Source: Camelus ferus (Eukaryota). Taken from it: a DNA stretch of 64,000 bases. Positions 62,701 through 64,000 of this stretch are shown here, one piece after another. The position numbers were made by a program, and so were the translations under genes. The DNA lies in the NCBI RefSeq assembly GCF_009834535.1, contig NC_045697.1, forward strand, positions 110,672,001-110,736,000, given 5' to 3'. Within the stretch, counting starts at the first letter, position 1. The number at the start of each line of letters is the position of its first letter. Below the pieces are notes generated by a model, which searched no databases, was not told the origin of the DNA, and saw only the letters and a list, made by a program, of their open reading frames with translations.

Positions 62701-64000
62701 AGACTTCTCCACCTATGCATAGATTTGGGTGAATTTCTCTCTCCTAGAGATCCTCCAAACTATTTACTGTTTCTGCCAGGAATGACCTCCACTGAGCTGT
62801 GAAGCTGGGAATCCCTAAGCCATAAAAGATGTACCAGACCTGCATTCCTCAGCTGGCTTTGTAGGCAGTGGCTTCATATATAAGGTACAATTGCTGTTTC
62901 TTAGTGTTGAGCCTGACTGTCCTGAATAAATGAGAGTCATCCTCAAATATTGTATTGTCTGATGGCTTTCATTGAACAACCAATTTGTGCAATTGTGCTT
63001 CAGTAAAATGTAGGACAGATCATCATCAAACATATGCAAGTAACTATATTGCCTTAAAAAATAAGAATACTCAGTCAAAATATTTGTTCTAAAGTCTGCA
63101 AGGTCAGTGAAAATCGATACCATTTAAAGATGTTTCATTTTATAAGTGCATAGTTTAAAATTCAGTTTATAAATGTATAGTCTTCAAAACTGAAGGCCTT
63201 TGTGGCTTCAGAAGAAAGAAATAAAATCTCCACATACATTCCTTAGAAGACAAAAATATTAAACATGACATCAATAATATTCCCAACAAATAATTAAACT
63301 CAAATATCCTTTTTCCGTTTTGCCAGTCCAATGCAATTAATTTTTGACCCATTGGATCTTGGGTCAGCCCTTGCTTTCATGAAGTTGTGTGCTTCTGGAC
63401 TAAAAAGAGTTCTGGAAATCTTGACTCAGTCCCCTGGCATAACCTCAAAGACATACAAGGCCAGCCAGCCTGGGAGTCTGTAAGCAAAAGGTCATTCTTT
63501 GAAGTGTCAATTTTTGAGTGTCTGTTACAGTCCATTCCTTAAAGCTCTGAAGGTGTTATTCTTGGCTGCAGACAAGAATTCTTTATGAGCTTATAGCAAG
63601 CCTGTAAGCCTTAGAGTAAATGCTATAGCTGCAGATGAAACAGAATAACCAGAATTCAATTATTGCTATAATCAACAGTATTGGAATGGGAGAGAATAAA
63701 AGTTCCTCTTGAGGCTAAGGGCACAGTAGTATCAGTGAGAGTATTAAAACACCTCCAAAATCTTCCAATCTATCTGTAGTCTCTGAAAGATTTATATTAG
63801 TAGCATTTTACTGTGCAAAGTTATCCTTCACTTTAACGACCCTACCCATGGAAATGTTATAAATACTCTTGAAGCTAATCAAGAAACAGGAAGCATAATA
63901 AACCTAATTGTTTCCATATTCCTCCTTTCATAATGTGAATGAATAAATATTTTTATTTTATATTGTTTTTTAAAATAATCATGGGCATGATACAGTCAAT

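Overview
Mammalian nuclear DNA, apparently intergenic or intronic, with no recognisable protein-coding exon. A tRNA-Ala-like SINE resembling camelid Vic-1 (20022-20185), young cetartiodactyl-type L1 3' ends, and no Alu/B1/BovA/PRE-1/SINEC elements suggest a camelid genome (inference). Much of the window is transposon-derived: old eutherian MIR, L2, L1M, MLT1/MLT2, LTR16/LTR33, hAT MITEs and two decayed ERVL internal regions, plus younger L1 fragments (two with twin-priming inversions) and three same-strand solo LTRs of one ERV1-type family. All repeat family names are from memory of consensus sequences, not a database search. Most worth follow-up: (1) a 266-codon non-repeat ORF (34357-35157) between a strong splice acceptor and an AATAAA, ending inside one copy of an ~87-bp direct repeat; (2) a degenerate ~25-bp minisatellite split by two LTR insertions (39270-40524); (3) a CpG-retaining, stop-poor segment (20400-21320) with weak, hand-scored non-significant resemblance to SAMD9; (4) several L1 mechanistic signatures.
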